DNA of 64,000 nucleotides from Obrimoposthia wandeli (taxonomy: Eukaryota), in assembly GCA_977020255.1 (NCBI GenBank), contig CDROCS010001089.1, positions 248,001-312,000 of the forward strand. Reading direction: 5' to 3'. The notes beneath the pieces were generated by a model that saw only the letters and a program-made list of their open reading frames with translations, was not told the DNA's origin and made no database searches. Both the position numbers and the translations under genes were made by a program. Of the stretch, positions 9,830 to 18,321 are shown piece after piece; within the stretch, counting starts at the first letter, position 1, and each line of letters begins with the position of its first letter.

Positions 9830-10294
9830 GTAAGAAGTGCTGGAGTTCATGCTTTGCGTTTTAATTTAAAACGAGGTGGCTCTGCACAATTAGCTCATTT
9901 ATCGACAATGGCTCAGCGTGTACACGACACTGCAGGCTCGTAAGGTCCGTTGTAATCGATTCAGCGGCCCTTACGAGCTTATAATCAAGCTACCTTCAGT
10001 GAGCATTTAGAATTAAGCAAAGCGGGTTTCAAGCTGTTAACCAAATTAGCCGAAAAAGACGCACGCATTAAAGCAACAGGGTTTAGCAGAGTCGATTTTG
10101 CAGTAAAAAAAGCGCTCAAAACCTTATATTCAGCCAACCCAAAAGCACTGATGTTTGGCACTGATTTACCCTCTACTCACGGGCCCTCCCCTTATAATGA
10201 TGATGATGACTTTACATTAGTGATAGATGCTTTAGGTTTAGAAGCTGTTAAGGCCGTATTTAGTGAGAATGCCATTGAAACTTATTATGTATAA
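9830..10294 (+). pseudogene. amidohydrolase-2 family remnant (5'-truncated, frameshifted)
   Basis: Fragments GVHALRFNLKRGGS and EHLELSKAGF...KATGFSRVDF...LMFGTDLPST...VFSENA are separated by a stop, an inserted palindrome and a frameshift. No start. Confidence 0.75.
9936..9978. repeat. 43-bp REP-like palindrome inside the amidohydrolase remnant
   Basis: GCTCGTAAGGTCCGTTG / CAGCGGCCCTTACGAGC arms (15/17 complementary) with a 9-nt loop. Confidence 0.6.
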
Positions 10295-10660
10295 TAGGCG
10301 TAACACGACTAGTACCCCTCAAAAAAAGACAGTGCGTTGCACATTGTTTGTTCTCTCTACAAATACTAACAATCATTAATGTTGGTTGTTATTTACAGTA
10401 GGAGCGCTACCGAGCTTTATACCACAACCTTACCCACTATCTTGGTAGCGACTCCCAGCGATCTTTTCTTGTTTAAGCTTTCTTCATTACTGCTTATTAT
10501 AGTTTTTCGGAAAATTTTCACTACTACTGAGGATTCTTCCATATAGCTCGTTTGTTCATTAAACATACACTTCAAATGGCATCATTGAGTATTCGAAATA
10601 AACGCTGAGCATTTATCCCCCATCGTTATATAATTACTCTTAGTCACCTACCGCACACTA

Positions 10661-11707
10661 TTGGATTTTACTTTGATTTTACGAGCGCGTGTATTGAATA
10701 AACCAACCCGACCTCTTTGGTTAATCCAATTTGGTATTAGCCTCGCTGGCGTATTATTTGCGTTTATTGTTAACGCCCAACAGCTCGAAAAACCACTCGA
10801 TATTTTAGTGATTGAAAGCTATCACGCGCAATATGCATGGGATGCAAGCTATACGCGAGGGCTAAATAAAATACTGGGCGATAAGTACAGTCTCAAATAT
10901 TTTCAAATGGATACCAAGAGGTTGCCTAAAGCCCAGCATATGAAAAAGGCACTGCAAGCTTGGCAAACTTATCTAGAAAGCAAACCAAGGTTAGTTATTT
11001 TGGGAGATGATAACGCGCTTAAATATATGGGCCCAATGTTCGCAAACACAGACACTCCAGTAGTTTATCTCGGTATTAACGATAACCCTCGTCACTACAT
11101 AAAGAAAAATAATAATACTACAGGTGTGCTAGAAAGACCTTTATTTAACCGTTCTATAGTAGAGTTGAATAAAATAACACCACTTAAAAACGTACTCATA
11201 TTATTTGATAACAGCCCATCTGCACAAGCTATACTCGGACGCAGCTTAAATTCCCAGCATTTGTTAAAGCGGTTAGGCATAAGTATCAATATTAAACTTA
11301 TACCTCATTATACTAAGTGGCAACAAGCGGTTCTAAATGCCAAAATAGAGCGTTACGATGCTATTGTGATTGGTTTATACCACACCCTCATCGATAACAA
11401 TGCACAACATGTCAGTGAGAATACCGTTATTCAATGGGCTTCCAAGCAAACACCCCTCCCACTCTTTTCTTTTTGGGAATTTTCCGTTGCTGCAGATAAA
11501 GCTATTGGTGGTTATGTCATCTTCGGCGAAGACCAGGGCAAGGAGGCCGCAAGGATTGTGCTAGAGATTTTCAACGGCACTACTCCGGCCAAAATTTTCC
11601 CAAGAACAGCATTAAACGGACATCTACTCTTTAGCCGATCGCAATTAAAAAAATGGTCTTTAGAATTACCAGAAAGTATGAGTAAGTCAGCCACTTTGAT
11701 TGATTAA
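10661..11707 (+). CDS. orphan ABC-type periplasmic substrate-binding protein
   Basis: N-terminal hydrophobic stretch, then ESYHAQYAWD, DDNAL, PVVYLGIN and QGKEAA motifs. Start codon uncertain. Confidence 0.75.
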   Translation: MDFTLILRARVLNKPTRPLWLIQFGISLAGVLFAFIVNAQQLEKPLDILVIESYHAQYAWDASYTRGLNKILGDKYSLKYFQMDTKRLPKAQHMKKALQAWQTYLESKPRLVILGDDNALKYMGPMFANTDTPVVYLGINDNPRHYIKKNNNTTGVLERPLFNRSIVELNKITPLKNVLILFDNSPSAQAILGRSLNSQHLLKRLGISINIKLIPHYTKWQQAVLNAKIERYDAIVIGLYHTLIDNNAQHVSENTVIQWASKQTPLPLFSFWEFSVAADKAIGGYVIFGEDQGKEAARIVLEIFNGTTPAKIFPRTALNGHLLFSRSQLKKWSLELPESMSKSATLID

Positions 11708-11859
11708 AATAACCGCTGTCCTGTTTAGCTTTTGTAACTCTGTTGAGTATAAATTTGTACTTACGCCCCTATCACCGTATTGTTTATTACCCTAGCTCGC
11801 ACAGAAAAAATTGCGCTAGGCTTGTTTTTGTTTGGTGGGTAGCGAAGTGCTTGAGGTGT

Positions 11860-12528
11860 TTAAAGCGCCATTAAATAACCTATACTGCGCACTGTTTTGA
11901 TGTAGCGATAAGGAGGCTGATCGTCATTTAACTTTTTACGTAGTGTTGATATGCGCAAGTCGATAGAGCGATCAAGACCATCAAAAGCAAACCCACGAAT
12001 TTCTAGATACAACTCATCACGCGTAATAATTCCCCCAGCACGGCTAACCAGATATGCCAAAAGCTCAAATTCGCCGCTGGTCAAATTTAAAGCCTGCCCT
12101 TTTAAACTAGCACTGTAGCTATCTGGGTCGATTTTAATATCTTGTATCGGTACATTAGGTGAGTAACTGCGTCGCAGTAGTGCTTCTATATGTGCAAGTA
12201 GCAAATGTGGGCGCACTGGCTTTTGTAAATAGTTATCAACTCCTAGTTGCAAAGAGGCAGTGGCAACCATGTCATCATCTTTGGCTGTGAGCATCAATAC
12301 TGGCATATCACTGGTTTTGCGTAAATAACGGCAAACATCTAAACCATCTCGCCCAGGTAGCATAAGATCTAACACGGCTAAATCAAAATGATGCTGATCG
12401 AGTACATCGCAAGCAATATTGCCATCATGGCACAAGTTAACTTGATAGCCCTCTTGCTGTAGAAACTCCTCTATTAATTTTGCTAAAGGTACGTCATCTT
12501 CCACTAAGAGAATTCGTTTCACATTCAT
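11860..12528 (-). CDS. OmpR-family response regulator (RstA-like)
   Basis: ILLVEDD, DLAVLDLMLPG phospho-acceptor, winged-helix RSIDLRISTLRKKL...IKTVRSIGY. ATG at 12528 preferred. Confidence 0.93.
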   Translation of the reverse strand: MNVKRILLVEDDVPLAKLIEEFLQQEGYQVNLCHDGNIACDVLDQHHFDLAVLDLMLPGRDGLDVCRYLRKTSDMPVLMLTAKDDDMVATASLQLGVDNYLQKPVRPHLLLAHIEALLRRSYSPNVPIQDIKIDPDSYSASLKGQALNLTSGEFELLAYLVSRAGGIITRDELYLEIRGFAFDGLDRSIDLRISTLRKKLNDDQPPYRYIKTVRSIGYLMAL

Positions 12529-12542
12529 GGTTATTTCCACGC

Positions 12543-12567
12543 TTACAATTGCTGACATTTACTGACT
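12543..12567. promoter_or_regulatory. OmpR-family direct-repeat operator candidate
   Basis: TTACA, TGACA and TGACT at an exact 10-bp period in the divergent intergenic region. Confidence 0.45.
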
Positions 12568-12660
12568 ATCTTGCCACTGAAGTTTATTCAATCGACGCTT
12601 ATCATGCTACGTATTCAAGGCATACGGATAAACCGTAGCGTCACTAGTTCAGGATAGAAA

Positions 12661-13038
12661 ATGTATACTAAAACACAATTAGCATTAGCTACAAGCCTCT
12701 CTATGATAATTTTTGTGAGCGGCTGCGCTAACACCGCATCAGATTACACTCCTATAGTCGATGGCCCAAAAAATGCAGTTTTCAATAGCGATCTAGCCGC
12801 TTGTAAACAACTCGCTGAACAGCGCGAGTATTTAAACGGTGAGACTAAAACAGAAGCTTTACTCGGTGCTGGCTTAGGTGCCTTAGCAGGCGCTAGTGGC
12901 AACGGTGGTGATATCCTGGCTGGTGCTCTTGTTGGAGGTACTTTAGGCGCTGCTGGTAAAGCTTGGGATGCGCGTGGCGATCGTAAGAACATTGTGATTA
13001 AATGCATGTCGGGAAGAGGCCACAAAATCGTCGGTTAA
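12661..13038 (+). CDS. glycine-zipper outer-membrane lipoprotein
   Basis: Lipobox FVSGC and GAGLGALAGA...GALVGGTLGAAG glycine zipper. Confidence 0.85.
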   Translation: MYTKTQLALATSLSMIIFVSGCANTASDYTPIVDGPKNAVFNSDLAACKQLAEQREYLNGETKTEALLGAGLGALAGASGNGGDILAGALVGGTLGAAGKAWDARGDRKNIVIKCMSGRGHKIVG

Positions 13039-13172
13039 TCTGTACTTGAAAATACCTAATGCGTATATAATTTTGCCTCTGTCATCTTGGCTGATGTGTT
13101 ATAAGATGTGTTTTAGCCATTCATTTTAGTTTTATAACTAAAGATAACTCATTAAGCTACTGGTAATAACTT

Positions 13173-14468
13173 ATGCGCGTATTTTTTATCAAAACCGTGC
13201 TCAGTATTTTCGCTATTATAATATTGGGAATTTTCAGCCTAGTCTCTTGGGTGATTGAGCCGGCATTTGATGGGTTTTCTCAACAAGATTTTCAAGAGGA
13301 ATCCTCCCTAGAACACATGCAATTATCTTCTATATTAGCCGTTCATTCACCTGTAGATTGGTCATTACATGTCACGGATTACAAAAGCCATTTCGAACTA
13401 ACCACCCACCTTATCCCCAGTAATGATGCACCCGAAAAAGCAGTTGTATTCAAAACGCTATCAGGGAAAAGCGGTTTCTTTTGGGAAGACGATGAAGATA
13501 TTTTTTATGCATCTTTTAAAACCTCTAATCCAGCTTGGTCTATTCGCTACACAGAAGGGGACAGCGAACTACAGTATCAAAACCGCCTCGATGATGCTGT
13601 TATGTTGCTCTTAATTGGCCCACTAACAGTCATCTTGTTAACTATGCTTACTGGCATCGGTTACTTACTTTATAACTTTAGCAAACCGATGCACGCTTTA
13701 GAACAAGCCATGGAAAACTTCAATGATGATGTGCAAATAAGATTAAAGCCTGAACAGGTTAAAGCAATTCCAAAAATAGCGGTGGCATTTAATGCCATGG
13801 CTGAAAAGCTAAGCCGCACTCTCACAGAACAGCAAGTGATGATAGCGGCCATCCCCCATGAATTGAGAACGCCGATTGCACGGATTCGATTTGCACTAGA
13901 TATGCTGCGCGGCAAACAAGGCGAACGTCTAAGACAAGGGCTTGAAGATATCGATACTTATGTTGATGAGCTACATCAAGTAACCGAAGATGTTTTACAA
14001 TTATCACGGTTGCAACATGCAAAACTGCAGACGCAGAGCGTTAACTTAACCCAGCTTTTACAATTAAAAACAGCGCCTCTGATTGACAACGAAAGCTTTG
14101 AACTGACATTAGCTAACACGCCAATTACTATCCAAGGTCATGCTGGTCTATTACGTCAAGTCATCGCTAATTTGTTGAATAATGCACTGCAGTATTACAA
14201 TAATTACATCAAAGTCAGGTTATACGCTGAAGGTAACTACTGTTTTTTAGAAGTAGAAAACGATGGTGCGCAGCTCTCACACCAGGATATTGAGCAATTA
14301 TTTCAAGCGTTTTTTCGAGCAGACGATAGCCGTAGCCGCCATACCGGGGGCGCTGGAATTGGCTTGACACTCGTTGCGCAAATTATGGAAAAACACCATG
14401 CCAATGTTAGTGCACAACTACTGGAGAGTGAGGTGCTCATGGTGAGATTGAAGTTCCCTTTGGGTTAA
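13173..14468 (+). CDS. sensor histidine kinase (RstB/CpxA-like)
   Basis: Two TM segments, HAMP, H-box PHELRTPIARIRF, N-box NLLNNA, G-boxes FFRAD...GGAGIGL. Confidence 0.93.
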   Translation: MRVFFIKTVLSIFAIIILGIFSLVSWVIEPAFDGFSQQDFQEESSLEHMQLSSILAVHSPVDWSLHVTDYKSHFELTTHLIPSNDAPEKAVVFKTLSGKSGFFWEDDEDIFYASFKTSNPAWSIRYTEGDSELQYQNRLDDAVMLLLIGPLTVILLTMLTGIGYLLYNFSKPMHALEQAMENFNDDVQIRLKPEQVKAIPKIAVAFNAMAEKLSRTLTEQQVMIAAIPHELRTPIARIRFALDMLRGKQGERLRQGLEDIDTYVDELHQVTEDVLQLSRLQHAKLQTQSVNLTQLLQLKTAPLIDNESFELTLANTPITIQGHAGLLRQVIANLLNNALQYYNNYIKVRLYAEGNYCFLEVENDGAQLSHQDIEQLFQAFFRADDSRSRHTGGAGIGLTLVAQIMEKHHANVSAQLLESEVLMVRLKFPLG

Positions 14469-14582
14469 TAAAATTTTTAATACTATTAAATCTCTTATTC
14501 ACACAATTTAAAGTATCATCAAAAAACTATTTACCTTTATGAATCTACTGGTAGCTTTTATCAGTACTTAGCACACAGGAAA

Positions 14583-15191
14583 ATGATGTACATTGAATCA
14601 GAGGAACAGATTAGAGAAATTTATGGCCATGCCAAAGGCCGTTCCAAAGCAAAGCAACTAGCGGCTTTAGAGCGTCATTCAATCAATTTTATTGCCAAGT
14701 CACCTTTTGCAACCATCGCCACTTGCGCTAAATCAGGCATGCTTGATTGCTCACCACGCGGCGGTAAGCCCGGCTTTGTGCACGTGCTCAATGAGCAGTG
14801 TATTCTTATCCCCGATAGCAAAGGCAATAACCGCCTCGATAGCTTAGTCAATATAACCGAGACTGGAAAGATAGCTTGCCTGTTCTTAATACCCGGTATT
14901 GATGAAACGTTAAGAGTGAATGGCACAGCACGTATTTCTACTGCCGAGGTACACTTAAGCCTGTTTACAGGTGAGCGCATCCCACTTAAATCTTGTATTG
15001 TCATTGATATCCAAGAAGTATTTTTACATTGTGCTAAAGCATTAATGCGCTCCGATCTTTGGTCACAAAGCATACAAATTGAGCGAGATACTTTTCCCAA
15101 CATGGGCACTATGATCAACGATCAACTCTCAATCAAAGAACAGCCAGAGAGCCAAGAAGAAATGTTGCTACGTTACAAGCAGGATATTTAG
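14583..15191 (+). CDS. pyridoxamine 5'-phosphate oxidase-like FMN-binding protein
   Basis: DCSPRGGKPGFV, IPDSKGNNRLDS, ETLRVNG and HCAKALMRS motifs. Confidence 0.85.
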   Translation: MMYIESEEQIREIYGHAKGRSKAKQLAALERHSINFIAKSPFATIATCAKSGMLDCSPRGGKPGFVHVLNEQCILIPDSKGNNRLDSLVNITETGKIACLFLIPGIDETLRVNGTARISTAEVHLSLFTGERIPLKSCIVIDIQEVFLHCAKALMRSDLWSQSIQIERDTFPNMGTMINDQLSIKEQPESQEEMLLRYKQDI

Positions 15192-15193
15192 AT

Positions 15194-15237
15194 CTAACTG
15201 CTTGTTAGCTGAGCATGTTGCTAACAAGCAGTATTAG
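15194..15237. terminator. bidirectional hairpin between convergent genes
   Basis: CTAACTGCTTGTTAGC ... GCTAACAAGCAGTATTAG inverted repeat. Confidence 0.6.
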
Positions 15238-15252
15238 CGATCGATATAATCG

Positions 15253-16389
15253 TTACGAGTTGCGCTTTTTAAGCATACGCCACACCGATTTGAACGGGAA
15301 TTTTTGCTGTTTATACATACCTTCTGGTACATAATCCCCCACTACACCGTAAGCCTCTGGCCACTCTTTTTGCCCTTTTACCGCACTGCCAAACAAGTAA
15401 TCTAAAAAGGAAAAATGCGCGGCGTAGTTGCGATCAATCGCGGCGTCATCAGATGAGTGATGCCAGTGGTGGAACTGTGGAGTCACGATAATATACTTTA
15501 GCCAGCCAAAGTTAATGCGCACATTAGCGTGGTTAAATACTGCTTGTACGCCCACTATAATCACATAAATATCGATCACTTGCTTAGAGAAGCCCAGTAA
15601 GAATATTGGCGTTAATACTAACGAGCGGGTAACGATTAATTCTAAAATATGCTGGCGAGAACCCGCTAGCCAATCCATATATTTAGCACTATGATGCACG
15701 GCATGAAAACGCCACAGCACCGGCACTTCATGATAAAACTTATGCGTTACATACTGTGCTAAATCAGCAATTAATACGATGCTAAATATTTGCAGCCACA
15801 GTGGCATTTGGTTGATAAAACTTTGCACTGATGCAAAAACGGCCCAGCCAAAAGCATTATGCACAAATAAGTTGGTGATTAACAAAATGATGCCGACCAG
15901 CAAATGGTTCACAAAAAAGTGATTCAAATCGCCTTGCCAATGCGGACGCAGCACTGATTGCTGTTTGCGATGTGGAATCAGCTTTTCGATAAACACGAAA
16001 ATCAAGGTTGAGCCCAGCATATCGAGAATAAACCAATCCATCCCTAAGTAAATCATGCTACTTTGATATTCACCTACCTCCACTTCATGGCCGCCAAATG
16101 CAATTGATAACAACACAAAAAACCATGCAAAAAGCCCAAGGCGTTTGTTTTTGTTACGTACAAAATTGAGCAGACCCAAAGAGCCTGACAATATTAAACA
16201 GACAAATAGCAGCTGACGCAAAAACTCAGTATTGTAATTAACCCGCAATTCAGGCGTGGTTAAGTACTGTGGGTAATGAAACGAAAGTACCCCTAAAAAG
16301 CAAAGCACGGCGAGCATCACGGCAATATAGCCACTAATAGAGCCTTCACCAAACTGAAAACTATCATTGCGAAAAATTTTCTTTAACAT
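15253..16389 (-). CDS. sterol desaturase / fatty acid hydroxylase family membrane protein
   Basis: His boxes HKFYH, HAVHHS, FNHAN, HHWHHS. The protein reads from the reverse complement (TTA stop at 15253); the ORF-track '+' label is wrong. Confidence 0.9.
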   Translation of the reverse strand: MLKKIFRNDSFQFGEGSISGYIAVMLAVLCFLGVLSFHYPQYLTTPELRVNYNTEFLRQLLFVCLILSGSLGLLNFVRNKNKRLGLFAWFFVLLSIAFGGHEVEVGEYQSSMIYLGMDWFILDMLGSTLIFVFIEKLIPHRKQQSVLRPHWQGDLNHFFVNHLLVGIILLITNLFVHNAFGWAVFASVQSFINQMPLWLQIFSIVLIADLAQYVTHKFYHEVPVLWRFHAVHHSAKYMDWLAGSRQHILELIVTRSLVLTPIFLLGFSKQVIDIYVIIVGVQAVFNHANVRINFGWLKYIIVTPQFHHWHHSSDDAAIDRNYAAHFSFLDYLFGSAVKGQKEWPEAYGVVGDYVPEGMYKQQKFPFKSVWRMLKKRNS

Positions 16390-16563
16390 GTCATTCCTTA
16401 TGACTTAATTTTGCGACTAGTTTACTGTAATTCCAAACAAAATCAAAAACGCAAATTCATTATACTTTCCTGCAATGTCGCGTAGTATAATGAGCGCTGA
16501 ATACTAGCAGTAAGTGATTATTGTTACTTAATTTATTATTAATATTTGCTAGAGATACTTAAA

Positions 16564-17190
16564 ATGTTATTGCTAATCATTGCTTTTTTTTTCATGTGGC
16601 TAGCGCTGCGTGAATTGAATAACTCACGTAGCAATATCGATGGCTTCAACACCCCCAGTAAAATTTATTTTGGTATCTGCTTTAGTATTGCTTTAATGAC
16701 TGCTTGGACACCGTTAAAAAAAATGTACTTCGAGTCATTTTTATCTGAAAAAGCATCTATTTTAGCAGATGGGAAACCAGCGCAAGTGCATTGCAACACT
16801 GCCTTTGATGCGATGTTTGATAGTAGTATCAATGTGATAGGCCATGCGAATCCACGCACAGGTGATATTGTTTTCCAGCTAAGCTGGTGTGATAAGTTAA
16901 TGGACTATCTAGCGGATCCCCACCAAGTGAATACGACTGAACGCTATAGCTTAATGCTCTTCACTCACGAAGTAATGCATATTCGCGGTGAGCTTAACGA
17001 GCAAAAAACAGAGTGCCAAGCCATTCAGCGCAACCATATTGCCGGTGAACTACTCGGTGTCTCTAAAGCTATCGCACTGGAGCATACACGTGAGTACTTT
17101 GAGCGCGAATATCCGCGTCACCCTTACTTTAGTGATAAGTGCGGCCCTGGAAAAGCATACGATGAAGGGTTAACTAGCGCTATTTGGTAA
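16564..17190 (+). CDS. membrane-anchored hypothetical protein with HExxH zinc motif
   Basis: Two N-terminal hydrophobic segments; FTHEVMH followed by EQKTEC; several Cys. Confidence 0.7.
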   Translation: MLLLIIAFFFMWLALRELNNSRSNIDGFNTPSKIYFGICFSIALMTAWTPLKKMYFESFLSEKASILADGKPAQVHCNTAFDAMFDSSINVIGHANPRTGDIVFQLSWCDKLMDYLADPHQVNTTERYSLMLFTHEVMHIRGELNEQKTECQAIQRNHIAGELLGVSKAIALEHTREYFEREYPRHPYFSDKCGPGKAYDEGLTSAIW

Positions 17191-17503
17191 TTGAGTGTTC
17201 GTTGTTAGAATAAAACCTAAAAGTCAAATCGACGCCTTAGCTTAGTAACTATTGTTAATATGGCGAAACTTATTTTACTTGATAAGGTTTTACAACTTTA
17301 ATTCTATTAAACAGCAGTTTAGAACGCATTCCCAGCAATCCTAAAGATGCTTACAGCGACCAATTCTACAAGTCCTGAATATTTAGCGCTAGCTTTTCAC
17401 TTTGGTACCATCTACGCACTAAGTAAAATCACAGTTGACGAAGTTTTGATTTACAATTAAATTATCATATTTGATAATTTATATTGTTTTGGAGAGAAAA
17501 TAA

Positions 17504-18082
17504 ATGGGCCGACCCAGTAAAAAAGCGGAACGAGTGGAGCAAGTATTACAAGCTTTTCAACGCTGTATTGCCCGCTTTGGCCTTGAAGGCAGCACACTTG
17601 AGCGCATTGCTGAAGAATCTGGTTTGCAGCGCTCTTTAGTGCGCCATTTTGTTGGCAACAGAGACGAGTTAGTACAGCAGTTGGCAACGCGCGTGATTAC
17701 ACAATCCGATAGTGAATGGGCGCTATTTATTGAAGAGTTGCCAGAAGATAATACTATTGAAGTATTGCTAGATACGTTATTTGATGCACGTTACAGTGAT
17801 CCGAAATTCGTGCTAGTGATTGAATCTTTGATCTTTGCAGCGGGGAGTAATGCAGCTTTACAGCAATTAATGTTGCAGTGGCTAGAGCGCTTTACACATG
17901 ATGTTGAAGCAGTGCTACACTTTTGTTTTCCAGCGGCCCCCGATAAAGAAATAAGCGCGGTATCACTAGGGATAATTTCACTTTACTTTAACTTAGATTC
18001 ACTGGCTCCACTTAAGGTTCCTGCGCACTATCGAGTATCCGCTCGATACGCTGCACAAATATTGGTTAGAGCACTAAAATAA
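17504..18082 (+). CDS. TetR family transcriptional regulator
   Basis: N-terminal HTH FGLEGSTLERIAEESGLQRSLVRHFVG; RBS GGAGAG. Confidence 0.9.
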   Translation: MGRPSKKAERVEQVLQAFQRCIARFGLEGSTLERIAEESGLQRSLVRHFVGNRDELVQQLATRVITQSDSEWALFIEELPEDNTIEVLLDTLFDARYSDPKFVLVIESLIFAAGSNAALQQLMLQWLERFTHDVEAVLHFCFPAAPDKEISAVSLGIISLYFNLDSLAPLKVPAHYRVSARYAAQILVRALK

Positions 18083-18091
18083 GGAAAATTT

Positions 18092-18262
18092 ATGCCTTGG
18101 TCTTTTTACTTAGGTATCGCACTATTGGTTTGGGTCGTTTGGGATATTTTTTCTGGCTCTGTTTGGCTGCATAGAGTATATCACCGTGCTAGCGAGCCTG
18201 TTAGCTACTGGCTACTCATAATAGTTTGGGCACTAGCCGCTGCTTCTTGCTTCTATTGGTGA
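18092..18262 (+). CDS. 56-aa small membrane protein (not in the ORF track)
   Basis: MPWSFYLGIALLVWVVWDIFSGSVWLHRVYHRASEPVSYWLLIIVWALAAASCFYW; AAGGA RBS directly after the tetR stop; two TM helices. Confidence 0.7.
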   Translation: MPWSFYLGIALLVWVVWDIFSGSVWLHRVYHRASEPVSYWLLIIVWALAAASCFYW

Positions 18263-18321
18263 TCACAATTCTTGTATAGTACTCTCCAAATATAGCACTT
18301 TCCAACTATAATACTCGCCAA

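Noticed and set aside
15253-16389. ORF-track label placing the desaturase on the + strand
   Set aside because: The listed protein reads only from the reverse complement (start CAT at 16387-16389, stop TTA at 15253-15255); annotated here as minus.
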